DNA of 64,000 bases, from the NCBI GenBank assembly GCA_047495785.1, contig JBLDXI010000003.1, forward strand, positions 372,001 to 436,000, written 5' to 3'. Below, piece by piece: positions 35,180-47,700 of this stretch. Position 1 is the first letter of the stretch. Every line of letters starts with the position of its first letter. The stretch comes from Lepidodermella squamata. Lineage: Eukaryota > Animalia > Gastrotricha. Below the pieces are notes generated by a model. It saw only the letters and a list, made by a program, of their open reading frames with translations. It searched no databases and was not told the DNA's origin. A program made the position numbers and the translations under genes.

Positions 35180-35860
35180 CAAGGTAAGGCGTGTAATCAT
35201 CAAATAATTCATCGGAGAAAGCACGAAAACTAGAGACGCAAGCGAAAACTCTCTCGTCACGGTCATGGTCACCACATCCGATGCTGAATGAAGCCACTCC
35301 GCTGTGCACCCACTATAGTCATTTGGCCCAATCTTACAAACAAAATGCCCGCCGTGGGCATCCAGGCAATCGCTGGGATGCTTTTCAGGACCAGTGCACA
35401 TCATGCGCCGCGTCATGAATTTCTCCAAAAAATGATGATATGTTGGAATCAAATGCAAAAAGTTCAACGGACCTTCAAAAAAGTCTTGCATACGTCGTTA
35501 CTTTTGACAGGAAACTCGTGTTGCCTCAGTTCCCCATTGACAGCAAAGCCTGTCATTGCGCAAAAGGTACCATCAATCGGGTGCAGGCCCCAGACGAATG
35601 ATTGCGATATCGGCGTCATATTCGTTGATTTCCCTGTATTCCTGATGAATGAAAAGCTTCTCTGCCTCGAGAAAATCTCTGCCTAATGAAAAATTGAGAA
35701 ATTCCGCGCAGAGAAGATTAAATGTGAGGTGTGTAATCGGTGTAATTAATGTGCTGATCAAAGAATTTGAGAAAACTAGAGACGCGAGCGTAAACTATTG
35801 CGCTCTTACGGTCGCCGCATCTGTCGCCGATCGCCAACCCCATAAGTTTCACTGAAGCCT
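35180..35860 (-). pseudogene. Rearranged trypsin-like serine protease homologue fragments
   Basis: FIHQEY...DADIAIIRL, DCLDAHGGHFVC (degenerate GDSGGP) and VYARVSSF; the C-terminal piece occurs twice, with stops and frameshifts. Confidence 0.65.
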
Positions 35861-36405
35861 TGCGCACATCAGTTCCGAAATTTGGAAATAGTCTTTCACC
35901 TGAATGAAATACAATCAATATGATATATAGAATTTGTATTCCTTTTTTCATGCGATTTTTCGAAACACCAGAGGTTACAACTAATCAATATAAGTCGATT
36001 TCGCTCACCGTTTTCATTGATTCAGGTTTAAACAGCTCCATTCGGCGTGCATGCATATTAAATGCATATTTGTCGAGCTTGAATGACTCGTAGCCCACTT
36101 TTTTCCAAGCGCATTAACGCATGCCATCCACACAACAAAATGAGTTTGAGCAGCATTCAACTTGGATCAATCCGATTCAAACTTTAGCAAGTCCCATTCG
36201 AAATACATAGTTTATTCACTTCGTTTCTTTTCATCACATTGCTGTTCAGCATGTTCATGTTCAGCATTCTCGCAATTTCATGGGTGACTAATTTTTAGGA
36301 ATCTCTGAATTTAAGATGCAACAGATGCGACCAATATGGCATTTTTGACAAACGTGGACAGAGTTGATAACTTTCATGTCGTCACGTTTGAATCTCTCCC
36401 TAAAC

Positions 36406-37290
36406 ATGGCAGGAACGAATTTACGCTTGCTTGAGGCTTGCTTCGAAGAACGAATCGACCAGGTTGAACAGCTGCTCTTAATCGAGCGATGCGATGTCAA
36501 TTACATGGCGTTCGAGTCAGATTTCGAGAATTTGGAGTGGTCATACTGCGAGGGTGCCACTCCACTAATGATCGCATGCGACCGGAACAATCTCGAATTG
36601 GTCGAATTACTCGTGAACAAATTCAAAGCTGACCCGAACCGGATATCTTCCTCTCACATCACTGCCTTACATTTCGCTATACAACAAGCGAATAACGAGA
36701 CGATGAAAGTTTTATGCGAAGCTGGAGCTGATGTCAATTTGGGCGCTGAGGCTCCTTTAATCCACCTTTGCTGGCAGGGTGGAACCCCGGAAATGATGGA
36801 GCTGCTGCTAAAACACGGGGCTGATGTTAAGAGAACAAATTCCGTCGGTTGGTCGCCGTTGAAAATCGTCCTTTGGCACAATCAAGGCCAGGAAATTCCT
36901 TATTATCCATTCTACGAATTTTTCAAACTGCTCAGTGACTGCGGTGCTACAACTGAAATATCGACAGGCAAGAAGCGCGATATTGAAATCGTCGAAGGAG
37001 CTATTTCAAAGATTCATGACGAGGGGAGCCATGCTATCGACCGTGATTTCTTGGCTATGCTGTTGAATTCGTATCAGCTCAAATCGTTCAATCCTGAGAT
37101 TTGGTCGCAAGCATCGAAATCATTCAAGCTGTTACAAGATGCATTCCCACTTCGGCTGCAAGATATTGCACGAATGAAGATTCTCAGCAATCTTCCGGTT
37201 GGCTACGAGAAAAGGCCGAACGCCATTGAGAATCTTGCTGAATTTCTACCTCACAGTTTGCGTGTTTTCCTTCGCTTTGTTAAGATGTGA
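36406..37290 (+). CDS. Ankyrin repeat and SOCS-box protein (ASB-like), single exon
   Basis: GATPLMIAC, TALHFA and GWSPL ankyrin units; C-terminal PLRLQDIARMKI...LPHSLRVFL SOCS box. Confidence 0.85.
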   Translation: MAGTNLRLLEACFEERIDQVEQLLLIERCDVNYMAFESDFENLEWSYCEGATPLMIACDRNNLELVELLVNKFKADPNRISSSHITALHFAIQQANNETMKVLCEAGADVNLGAEAPLIHLCWQGGTPEMMELLLKHGADVKRTNSVGWSPLKIVLWHNQGQEIPYYPFYEFFKLLSDCGATTEISTGKKRDIEIVEGAISKIHDEGSHAIDRDFLAMLLNSYQLKSFNPEIWSQASKSFKLLQDAFPLRLQDIARMKILSNLPVGYEKRPNAIENLAEFLPHSLRVFLRFVKM

Positions 37291-37460
37291 TTTTCCAGGA
37301 AATAAAGAGGATCAAACTGTTCAAACTGACTCGGTTACAATAATACCCAGGTTCAGCCTACCAGGAATGTGTACCACCACCATAATTTATTAAAAGCGGA
37401 ACAACAAGTCAAGGACTGAAGTATTATCAAACGGTGTATATTTTCTGCGTTAGTTTGAAA

Positions 37461-37846
37461 TCATCGGACCATGACGTATGTTACAAATGTTTGCGGCACG
37501 CCGACGCCGTTGCTATCGAAAGATGCGGGATCGCACCTGGTCAGCGTAATGCAATTTCCCGACTTGCTATCAACAGTAAAGGCCCCGCAATATATGTTAT
37601 CGGTGCACTTTTTGGCGCAATTGTCGAGGCCGTACTTCGGTACGATCGACATTGTGTGCTGCCACGTGTGACACTTTGGCGGCGCCAGTTTGTAGTTCAA
37701 TTTCACTGTAACATAAGAGACATAGAATCGGAAAATATTATTCGTTATGAAAAATAAATACCCTCAGGTTCTCTGTGAGTAGCGCTGCCTGATTGAAGCA
37801 CAACTACTGATACTAGAAAGACGACGATAGCAAACTTAGCTGACAT
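37461..37846 (-). CDS. Small secreted single PAN/apple-like domain protein (2 exons)
   Basis: Signal peptide MSAKFAIVVFLVSVVVL; CAKKC...CGAFT...GNC pattern. Confidence 0.65.
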
Positions 37847-38554
37847 ATCTGATGAAAGATTTTATGAAGTGAAAAGAAAAAATGAATGAGAGTTTTAGCA
37901 GTCCAACTTTAGCTGCCTGGCATCTCCCTTCTTGTTTGTTCACCCGCTTTCAGCTCAGTCGGGTTAGAATACCGCCCGCAAATTATTACTGGCGATTAGT
38001 TGTTGTTTTGAAGCTATCTTTTTGCTCCCAGGGGCCCGTTAGGCACGTACTTCTTCAAGTAGAGCAGAAGGGAGGATGAGCTCAAAGAAGACATCCCAAC
38101 GTTTTTTATCGTCTTTTCGGTCATGTAAAAACTCTAAAACTTGGCAATTAGCAAGTTAGCAATGAATCGAGAGCCTGATTCGGAGGAATTTGAGATATTT
38201 CAGTTAAAATGTGCAAAATCAGGACAGCTTCTCGAGTTTTATTGTCGACTACATCACTCAACCTTGAAACGATTGAAAGTGAATTCCTTTCAATAATAAC
38301 CTTCTTTGAGCAAATTTGGGAGGAACAGCAACGTGACGCAACAACTTTAGACCTAGGCTTATAAGGTGCCTATTTTTCTTTTTTTAGTTTCTCCTGATTT
38401 TTCACAGCGATAAAAAAAGAAAAATGACTCATTTGGAGAACGCGGACGCTGAATTATGCGCAACTGCCTTTTGTAAATAGAGGGAAACAATGGCCATTCA
38501 TAAGTCGAAAGTCGTGTGTTACGGCTGCACAGAACTGTGTGTGGTATATGTATA

Positions 38555-38761
38555 TGTTACATGCGTGATGACCAAGCAAGCGTAACCCCATACGCGTTGT
38601 TAGAGATGCGCACAAACACAATACTACAACACACGCCACACAAACACATAGGCAAGAAACAATACAGTGCCTATGTAGTAAGTACATGCAAATATGACAC
38701 AGCACTGCTCATATATCGTAACGTGAGGCAGAAATATACGACAGCACCAGGTGCTATCACT
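38555..38761. mobile_element. Probable solo LTR (207 bp) with 5-bp TSD
   Basis: GTATA|TGTTACA...TATCACT|GTATA; CA-rich composition unlike the flanks; the 3' end is CT rather than CA. Confidence 0.55.
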
Positions 38762-38783
38762 GTATAAGGCCTTGGTCTCAAAA

Positions 38784-41700
38784 ATGTTCGCCTCTTCCTC
38801 CAACCTCGTCGCCATTGTAGGTCAATTTCTTGTCAATTCTTGCTGATTAATTCATTTCTTTCCCATCAGATTTTTGCAGCGATTATCTGCGTAAATGGCG
38901 AGGTGTTTCAGATTACAGAGCAGAATTTGCCGGATTTAATTAAATCAACCCAATATTTATTCATTAATTTCTACGCCGACTGGTGTTTCTACAGCCAGCA
39001 GGCCGCGCCGATCATTCAAGAAACTTCGAATTTCATGGCTAAGGAATTCTCGCTTACTCAAGTCAAAGTCGCTCGTGTCGACTGCGAGGGAGCGACGAAG
39101 CCAATTTGCAAGCGATATGGCATATCTAAATACCCTACGTTCAAAATGTTCCGATTCGGCGAGCTGGGGCACAAGGAGTACCGAGGCGCGCGGTCCGTTG
39201 AGGCTTTTTCTGCATTCATCCGGAGTGAAATGGAGGACCCGATTAAGTATGCGGATGATATCAGCGAGGTGTTGCATTTCAACGACTGGCACCGGCATAT
39301 TACGCTGCTGTTGCGTAGTAAGGACGAGGGAACGTCTAATCAGATTCTAGTGAATATGCAGCACTTGGCTATTGCGTTAAAGGAGGAGTGCCAGTTTCAT
39401 GCTTTCATCGGCAATTTGCCACAGTCAGTCGCCGGCACTGCGACTTACAAAATTCAGTTCAACTCGCCAGTGGTAAGTAATGAAAAGCAAGATTACTTCA
39501 AAATTCTCCAACATTGGTACGAATTACCCGTACCAATAGTCACCCTAGGCCCGAAAAAAATAGTATTATATAACAGTATTAGTATTATTTAATTTATTAG
39601 AAAAAGTGAAAAATGACTACACCATAGATCATAGGTCTACATTACACCTATGTTTTTCCAAAATTCATTGGTTAACATTTGATTGACTTTCTGCAAGGAC
39701 TTCTAATTTAATTAAGGGCTGAATTTCGGCATCATGTAGGAGTTTAGGGCGCAGAAGACGAGCACTGTCGTAAATTCCCTCAGATTTTTGCCACGAGCGT
39801 GGATTCAAATAAAGCAGATACAGAAACAGAAACGGAAACAGAAACTGCAATTCTAAGAGATTTTACCTAAGTAAGAGAAATGAGGACTGGTTTGTTGAAG
39901 TGTGTTTTTTTCATTAACATTTTAATCATCATAAATATAAATATTCATCATAGCGCAGCCGGTTTTTCCTTTGGATTAACGATGAATCATCATTGAGTCA
40001 TCAGACCGTCACGTGACTGTAGAGCAAGAAGCTAAGTTTTCTCCGCAATTCTCCGCGTTTCTCCGGGTTCCTCCGCAATTCTCGGTTAATTCTTCAATTT
40101 CAAGGTGTTTAAGGTGAATTGGAGCTTGTTAGTACCTGCTGCATCCGGATACGGTTAACGGTTCGAAGCAACCGGTTCGAAGAAAATAACGCCACTGATA
40201 AATCAGCAATTTCATTTTATTTCGGCCGACCATCGCGGCCATCGTGGTGAAAATAAGAAGAAATAAGAATCGTATTCACAACAATTATGCTCAATAAAAT
40301 ATTGAAAGGAATGATCATAAGTACACATTTTGGCAGCCAGGATTGTTTCGAAACCGCACGAGATATTTCTATTCAGTAAGCTTCGAGTCATTCGGCAGCT
40401 GACAGCAAAATTTCCGAAGTGAAAGTTACCTCAAAATCGAGCATAGTGACGCCAAAATTGCGTCTCAACACTTAGAAGAAGCAGGGAAAGAGCGATATAT
40501 AGGCATTAGAGGCACCGATAAACATCCGATTTAATTATAAGCCGCAATATTCAATAGGAAATTATTAAAATTAATCGAGGAAACTGTTGGCGGAATTTAT
40601 TTATTTATTTATTTAGAAGCTATTACACCCAAAGAGGGAAGAGGGAATGAAAGCAGACTGAGAACAATTGATAATGATAAAGAATTTTTACGGCCGGCGA
40701 GATCAGAATAAAGAATAACTCAATAGAAACAAGAATTTTTGGAATATTTTAATAAAATGTAAAGAATTTGTTGAGTCAGAAATAAGTTGATAGGTACCTT
40801 TAGGATTTCCCCATATTTTGTTAAATTGTTTCCAAGGCGGGAGAAAAATTATAGCCATGGTTGGGATCTCGAGGCATAATTTTAGCAAAACACAACCTTG
40901 ATCAACAGATCTCTGCGAGATTCGAACTTTGAGGAACGAGAACAAGATAACGGTTAATTATGAGCGCACTTCCCTACTTTAACGTGTAAAAACGAATAAG
41001 AAATTCTACATTTTTTCTGCACAACGATACATCAGTACAGTCTTGTTGGAAAAGGTGGCACGGCCGGTTTAAATAAGAGTGAAGAGCACGTAAAAAAATT
41101 CATACATGATGAAACCACTCAAGCGTGACTTTAACGTAAATTTAAACATCACCTACCCACGCATGTTATCGCTTATTGTTTTTCGAACATTTCTGGTACA
41201 ATTTCGAAAATATTTTCAGAATTAATTTAAACGAAGAGATGATAACGCCGCAGTCGGTTTGAAAAAGAGGGCATTTGCAAAACATCGCGCAGAAAATGAT
41301 TACAGCGTAAAATTCGAATTCACTGGAGCGTGTCGCATTGAATTCAGACCTGTAGAAGGTGGCTAAAAAGTGCGAAATAATGTTGGCCGTCGCTAATCAG
41401 ACAATTTCACAATTAGTGTGAATGTGAGCAACTTTTCACAAGTTTTCTAGCATCTACGCGTGGCGAGTTCTTGAAAATCAGAGTGCCGAGTTTGAGCCTA
41501 ATTCAGGTATGATTTTGATTTTTCCGAAATCGCAGTAGCAATCGATTGCAGATTGCAGCATCGCCGTATTTTCTACATAAATCATAAATGTATGAATCCC
41601 ACGGTACCTGGTACCCAAAACTGAGTATAGCAGAGGTCCATACATGTTAATTTTTACAATACTGTAACGCAGAAATGGTGGATAAAACGCGAAAACTTGC

Positions 41701-44700
41701 AGCCGAAATGCTTGAATTCCGTACTGGAACCTCAATACTGAGAGCTGCGTTCCAATTTTTATTATTAAAAGCCGTATAACCGCGGCTCTCAGTGCATGAT
41801 CTGTGGCGTCTTCAATAAGGGCTAATTATGAATCAAATGGCCTAATAAGCCGAATTCAAGTAACAGAAGTTATGATCACAAATTGTAGAAAAATGAGAAA
41901 AATTCTTGGGTATATCGACGTGGTGGTCGTAAAGAAATTCAGCACTGGCTTGAATAGCTCGATTTTTGACCGCGCCTCAATCGGATCTTCCATAGCTTGG
42001 CGTTGGTTCGATAGCACGCAGGAATAAGGACTGAAATAAAATCAGATAATAAAAAAAAAATGATATAAAATTGAATTAGGAAAAATTGGAAAATTTAAAA
42101 TGTAAAAATGTAAAAATGTAAATTGAATTATTTGAACATTCAAAATTAGGAATTAGGAATGATATCGACGATCACGGCAATCAGACAAATTCAGGAAATT
42201 TCTAGAAAAAAGGTAAAAAATCTGATAAATTACCGAGTGTAGACTAGCAATATCGGAAGCCAGTAAGCTGAGTCGTCGCCCTCATCGGTCAAAGCTCGAC
42301 CAGTCGATCAGCTGCCATCCAATCTAAGAATGATAAAAATATTATAAATTTCCATTTTGCATTTATAAGGCGCAGTGCGTAACAGTAAAGCTGCTGGGAA
42401 CCAGGTTTAAAATTTGGCAGTATGAGTTGCCCAGGCACACGTTTTAACCATTATTCACGATGGCAAACAATAGAAGTCCTCATAATCAATATAAATTACA
42501 AAATGAAATTTTTCCACCAATTTCGGGGCCGAAATCTTGATATGAAGCGGATAGTCTGACTTAATTTCCGCGTCTCATCAATTTCTTAGGAAAAGACATC
42601 TGTGGATAGGGGAATAAGGAGGCAAATTTTGAGAAATCTACCTTGGGCAAACAGCTTAGGTCAGCTTTGATTGCTCATTAGCATTGCCGTAACACAACTG
42701 GACTAAGTCCAACTGGTGTGGCTAACGGTGTGGCTAAACGGCCGCAAGCTCGAAACTTGGCTGGCGAATGAACAGCCATGCATCAAAAATTGCAGTGATC
42801 AAATAGCGAAAAATAAAATTCTAAAATCAGAAAAATAATCAAATGAAGGATGAACGGCATGTGGCATGTGGCATGTGGCAGTAAGACCATTGTGACGCTT
42901 GGATTGTTGCGTGAAAATAAGTGCGCAACAACTCCAATTTCGCACAATCAAGAAAACGCAAGAAAAAAATTGAAAATTAAAATTGATAAAAAAAATCACC
43001 TGATAAAAGAGAAATTTTATAAAAATCAGAAAATACCCAGTCCAGCCTAGTTCCCGGCGTATACGCTTGAAAGTTAAACATTATTCGCCCATAATGTCGA
43101 ATTTTCAATCGAATTTAAATGAAAATTTTCAGTGAAAGAAGAAATGGGAAATTTGAAGAGCGGCTAAAATGCCTACTTGTGGAAAATAATGCCCACATAA
43201 TATCATGGTGAAGGCTGACCGAACTGAACGGTTTGATTTTATCATAGCGTATTTGAGAGCCAGGTAATAAAAATAAAAAATAGTTACCACAAATCCGCAA
43301 GCGGAAGAAATAAAAAAATTCCTAAATTTCTAAAATTAGGCTGGAATTTAACCGATTTTTCAGACAATTTTGGTTCGATTTTTCGCTCAAGAAATTCGAA
43401 TTTTGGCAAGCTTGCATTTTGAATTCATTGTTTTCTATAGCTGTTAATTCATCTTAGAATCGTCATTATTCGAAGCTATAGGTTGGAATGGAGTTAAAAT
43501 TATCAGAGAAATTTTAGAGATTTCACACCACTTGTCTGATTTTTGAATTTTTGGCAATTCATCGCGCCAAGAAAATGTCATTATTTCAAGATGAAATATT
43601 TTTTCTATAAAGCTAAGACCCTTCAAGCAAAGCGAGTCACATAACACCAGAAATTAAACGCAAAAAACGCCGCAGCGATGGAAGTGCGGCGCAATGGTAA
43701 TTATGGCTTTTCTGCGCGCTGAGGTCACGCGGCTTTTTCTATAATTGGACGTAATAAAATAAAGCGGCAGACAGGGGTCACTAACGACATGTTTCAGCCT
43801 AAAAGCGAAGCAACTTTCTCATGATATTCCATTACCTGCTAGGGACTGAGGATAAATATTAATAATTTGATTTGGCAGAATTATTAGCTCGTACTGCGAC
43901 GAGTTAATCCTTCTGACCATTGTTGCGCAATCGGATCATTTACAGACCTTCGTGCGGGTTACGAATTCTTCGATTTTGGATGCTTATAATTTTCCTAAGT
44001 AATTAACTGCTCTTGGCTAATTTTTCGATTTTTCTACCGCTGCGACCTTGAAATCGTCGCTGAAGCAATGAATTTAGCTTGATGGGCGGCGGTTTTCCTA
44101 TAATTTAGCATTATTTCTGTTTGCCCCTTATGACCATATAATTAGAGTGATAGTTTCATAAAATCTAAAACTTTTTCATTGGAAGCACATCTATTTTAAT
44201 AGTTTTATGACGTTATCCGTTATTTTACTGGTTTACAGCTACGATTTCATGCAACTATTGGACGCAAAGTTGATGACTAAGTAAGTTTTATGCCTTTTAA
44301 AGAATAGACTGTCTACAAAAAAATAATTTTAAATTATCACTTTCCTGGAGCCAGAAAACCCAGTCGTCTACTAGTAAGAATGACCAAAAAACATTATCAA
44401 AATGTCTTTTTTGAATGAGATTTCAAAGTCGAAAAAGTCTTGAAATTGACGGTTTTTTCATGAAAAAAAACATGACAGCGTGAATGAGCATCATCAATAG
44501 TAGTAGTTAGTAAAGTTTATTCAAGAATTCCGAAACTTTGCCAAAAAATTTCAAAACGTGGGTCGAAAGCTCGAAATTGGATTTTTTAGTGCAGTGCAAA
44601 GAAGTCGCTTTGAGCTCGGTAATCTCTTAGAGTGAATCACGCTAGTACTAAACATGCGAGAAGCTGGAGGGGGTTCGGAGGGGGTTCGGTTTCACAATGA

Positions 44701-47700
44701 AAAAATACTCCTCCGCCAGTAGTGTTACGTAATGTGCTTCACTCACAATGAAAAAACGAGACTCATTTTTCGAATGGATTTTTTGCATGTCGACCTAACT
44801 GTGTGCTCGGATTATCACCATTTTTTCTCTTGGAAAATAATACCGCATCAATTTTCGAATTGCGGTTAACAGAAAAATGAAAGGGAAAAGGGAAAAGCCA
44901 TAAAATCTAGGCAATAAATGGGTGAACGCCGAATCTCGTCTTTACGTCGATCGTCGTCAAAAATGAAACGATTTTTTTCAGCGTTTTTTTAACGCGCATT
45001 TTTACTATTTATTTTTATATAATTTAATTTTATGATTATTATTTTTATCACCTATATTTTGAATTACTATGTGCTGTGGGGTCGATGTGAAAGATGCCCA
45101 AGTCGTAATTCTTTGACGATTATTACCGACGAATTATCCTTCAACGTGTTAAAAATAGTGGCAAGAGTGTTGACAATCTGTTCGGCAGTGTTTGGCGGGC
45201 TATAATTTTCCATATCAATTAAAAATTGAAATCACATAATATGTTTACTGGACTGCCTATTTTTCGCACTTTAACATTCATTATTTTAAAATTCGATTTC
45301 TGGCCTCATCATGCCCGTCGGTATCCCCGTCAAATAACGGGCTTTCATTAAGATTCTTATTTTGCTTTTTTTAGAAATTTCTGCGATTACCGGCACAGCC
45401 GCCAGAAGTTCAGGAATTGAAAAATTACAACTCAACTCGGTAAGACTGAATCAAGCGAATTCGCCGCAACCATTCAACCGTGAAAATTTCGTAGAAATCG
45501 AATACTGTTTCGGTAATCGTTCTCTTCGATTGCCCGGCAAGGCATTGTAGCTCTCGAGATTCATTCGGTCAAATCGGCATCAGACTCAACTCAGCGATAA
45601 CCCGAAATCTACTGCGCCAATTTCTCTTTGAAAAACGACCTATTTTCCCGCAATTTTACTGCGAACGCAGCGCGGTCAGTGCGATTGCCATCAAATTCAG
45701 CCAGCCGTTACTACATTAGCGTCGCAGTTGGTGGCGTTGTTGTTGTTCTCTTCTGCTACCTTCTTGGGGAAGCATTGGGCTGGAACCAGGCCCAGCCTCA
45801 AGTTTCGATGGATCAAGTTTGGTGCTAGTGATCTGGTGACGGTGAGCTATTTTTTTTTATTTTTCCGAATATTGTCCTTACAATGATTGGGAAACAGGCA
45901 TTGAATCATCAATTAGCGTACATGAATTTTTTAATTTTTTAACAATTTTTTTAATTTTTTAGCTGTTGTTATATCGCCCATGACATCTCCCACTCTTGAG
46001 CTTCCCTAAATTTTACGTTAATTAGTTAAAAAATGTGATTCATTCAGGCGTGAAGTAGAGCCGTCGAGCCTTTTCCAAAATTCATTAACTGTATTTGAAA
46101 AATTCCCGAAAATGAAGACTGATTCTATCGTAATTTTCAGGAAAAAACAACGTAAAAATAATATTTAAAAATACCAGCTTCAAACGCGAAGCACCAGTAA
46201 ATTTGTTGACGCTTATTTTTTCATAGGCATTTTACGTTCTTCTTCAATATGCTAATTCTAATAATGTCACCGCGCCTCTTATTTTATTATTTTTTAATTT
46301 TTACGCTATTTTTTATAGATAAAATACGCTTGATCAAGGCATGAGGTTTCCATGGCCGGCGTTTGACTCGGGGAGAGGCTGGCCAACAATTCGCAATTAA
46401 ATTCGAAAATTTTGGAAATTTCAGGCATTGCACTCGGCTGCCTGTTGTACCATTTATGGCCAGGAACCAGGAAGATGACAGTCTAATCAACAGCAACCGA
46501 CCTCAACTCGGTGACACTGAATTCAGCGAAATCTCCAAAAGCATTCAGGCTTGAAAAATGCTCAACTGTGAAGGGAGCGCGGTCGGATCGAGCGATCATC
46601 GGATCAAAGTCAGTCATCCGTGACCAAATTAGCGATTGGCCGATGCCGTTTTTGTTGATCGGAAATGCGGATTTGGAAATGCTAAAGCCGGTCGATTCTG
46701 TTACAGGTGACCTGACAATAGGCAAGCTTCCTAATTTGATGCCTCAAATCCATTTTTTATTTTATTAATTTGAGAAACGGGTGGGGAATTTTTTATTCGC
46801 GTGCTTTGCGAATTTATTTAGTTTAGTTTAACGCAAGCAGTCGATATTTAAGCCATGATATCTCTCACTCTTGATTTTACTTGAATTATTCAAGAAAGGT
46901 TTCGGTTATTTTCAGCTTATTATTTCCCTCCAAAACGCTTTTTCTTTATGCCCCTGAGGAGCTTAGATTTATTTAGGCGTGACGTGAAGGCTTCGAACTT
47001 CAAATAATAATTTAAGTACAGTTCGTTCTGTGGCAAAATTAATAAATTCAAACAATTATATTTTTTCTATTTTTATCACAGGCAACCCTACCCGCTGAGA
47101 CCCGAGACTAGCTGGTTAAATTTATAGAAGCGAGTCGAAGAGTCGAAACGAGACCGAAAGTTAATTCGAACTACGTCCGGACTGTTGGCATATTCTCAAA
47201 TTCTCAGTATATTATCCTGCGGCTCGATTTCAAAATTTCGATCCGGAAACGAGATTATCAGACACCCCGCGATCACTCCACCCTGACGGAGTTGCTGTTC
47301 CAAGTCAAATTTGAGCCTTCAGTGGTCACTGAGACGTCGCAGGCTGGCGAGAACTTCATTTTCTAGACGAGACAAATTTGCAGTTGAAACTGCCTTGTGA
47401 AAGGTAGGCTGGTAGCAGTAATTTTTTCGCTTAGATTTTTATCGAGAAATTTAATGCGATGCGACTATGAAAAAAATTCCACTCTTCCCTATTATTTTTA
47501 AAATTAATTATAAGTTAACAATTAATACCTAAGAATATCTTGCCGTTCAGTTCAATTCAATTCAATTCAATTAAGGTGACTTCAGCTTTTTTTTAAATTT
47601 CTTGGATTAATTTGGTAAGGATTCGGAAAATTCAGTCTTGAAGATCCATCTTAGGTTATGCCATTTTTTGATTCGTAGGCGGCCGTGATCAATTCCAACA

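Noticed and set aside
39512-39548. Hairpin followed by CTAG resembling a Helitron 3' end
   Set aside because: It lies only ~40 bp from the ERp44 donor, leaving no room for an element body, and CTAG is not followed by T.
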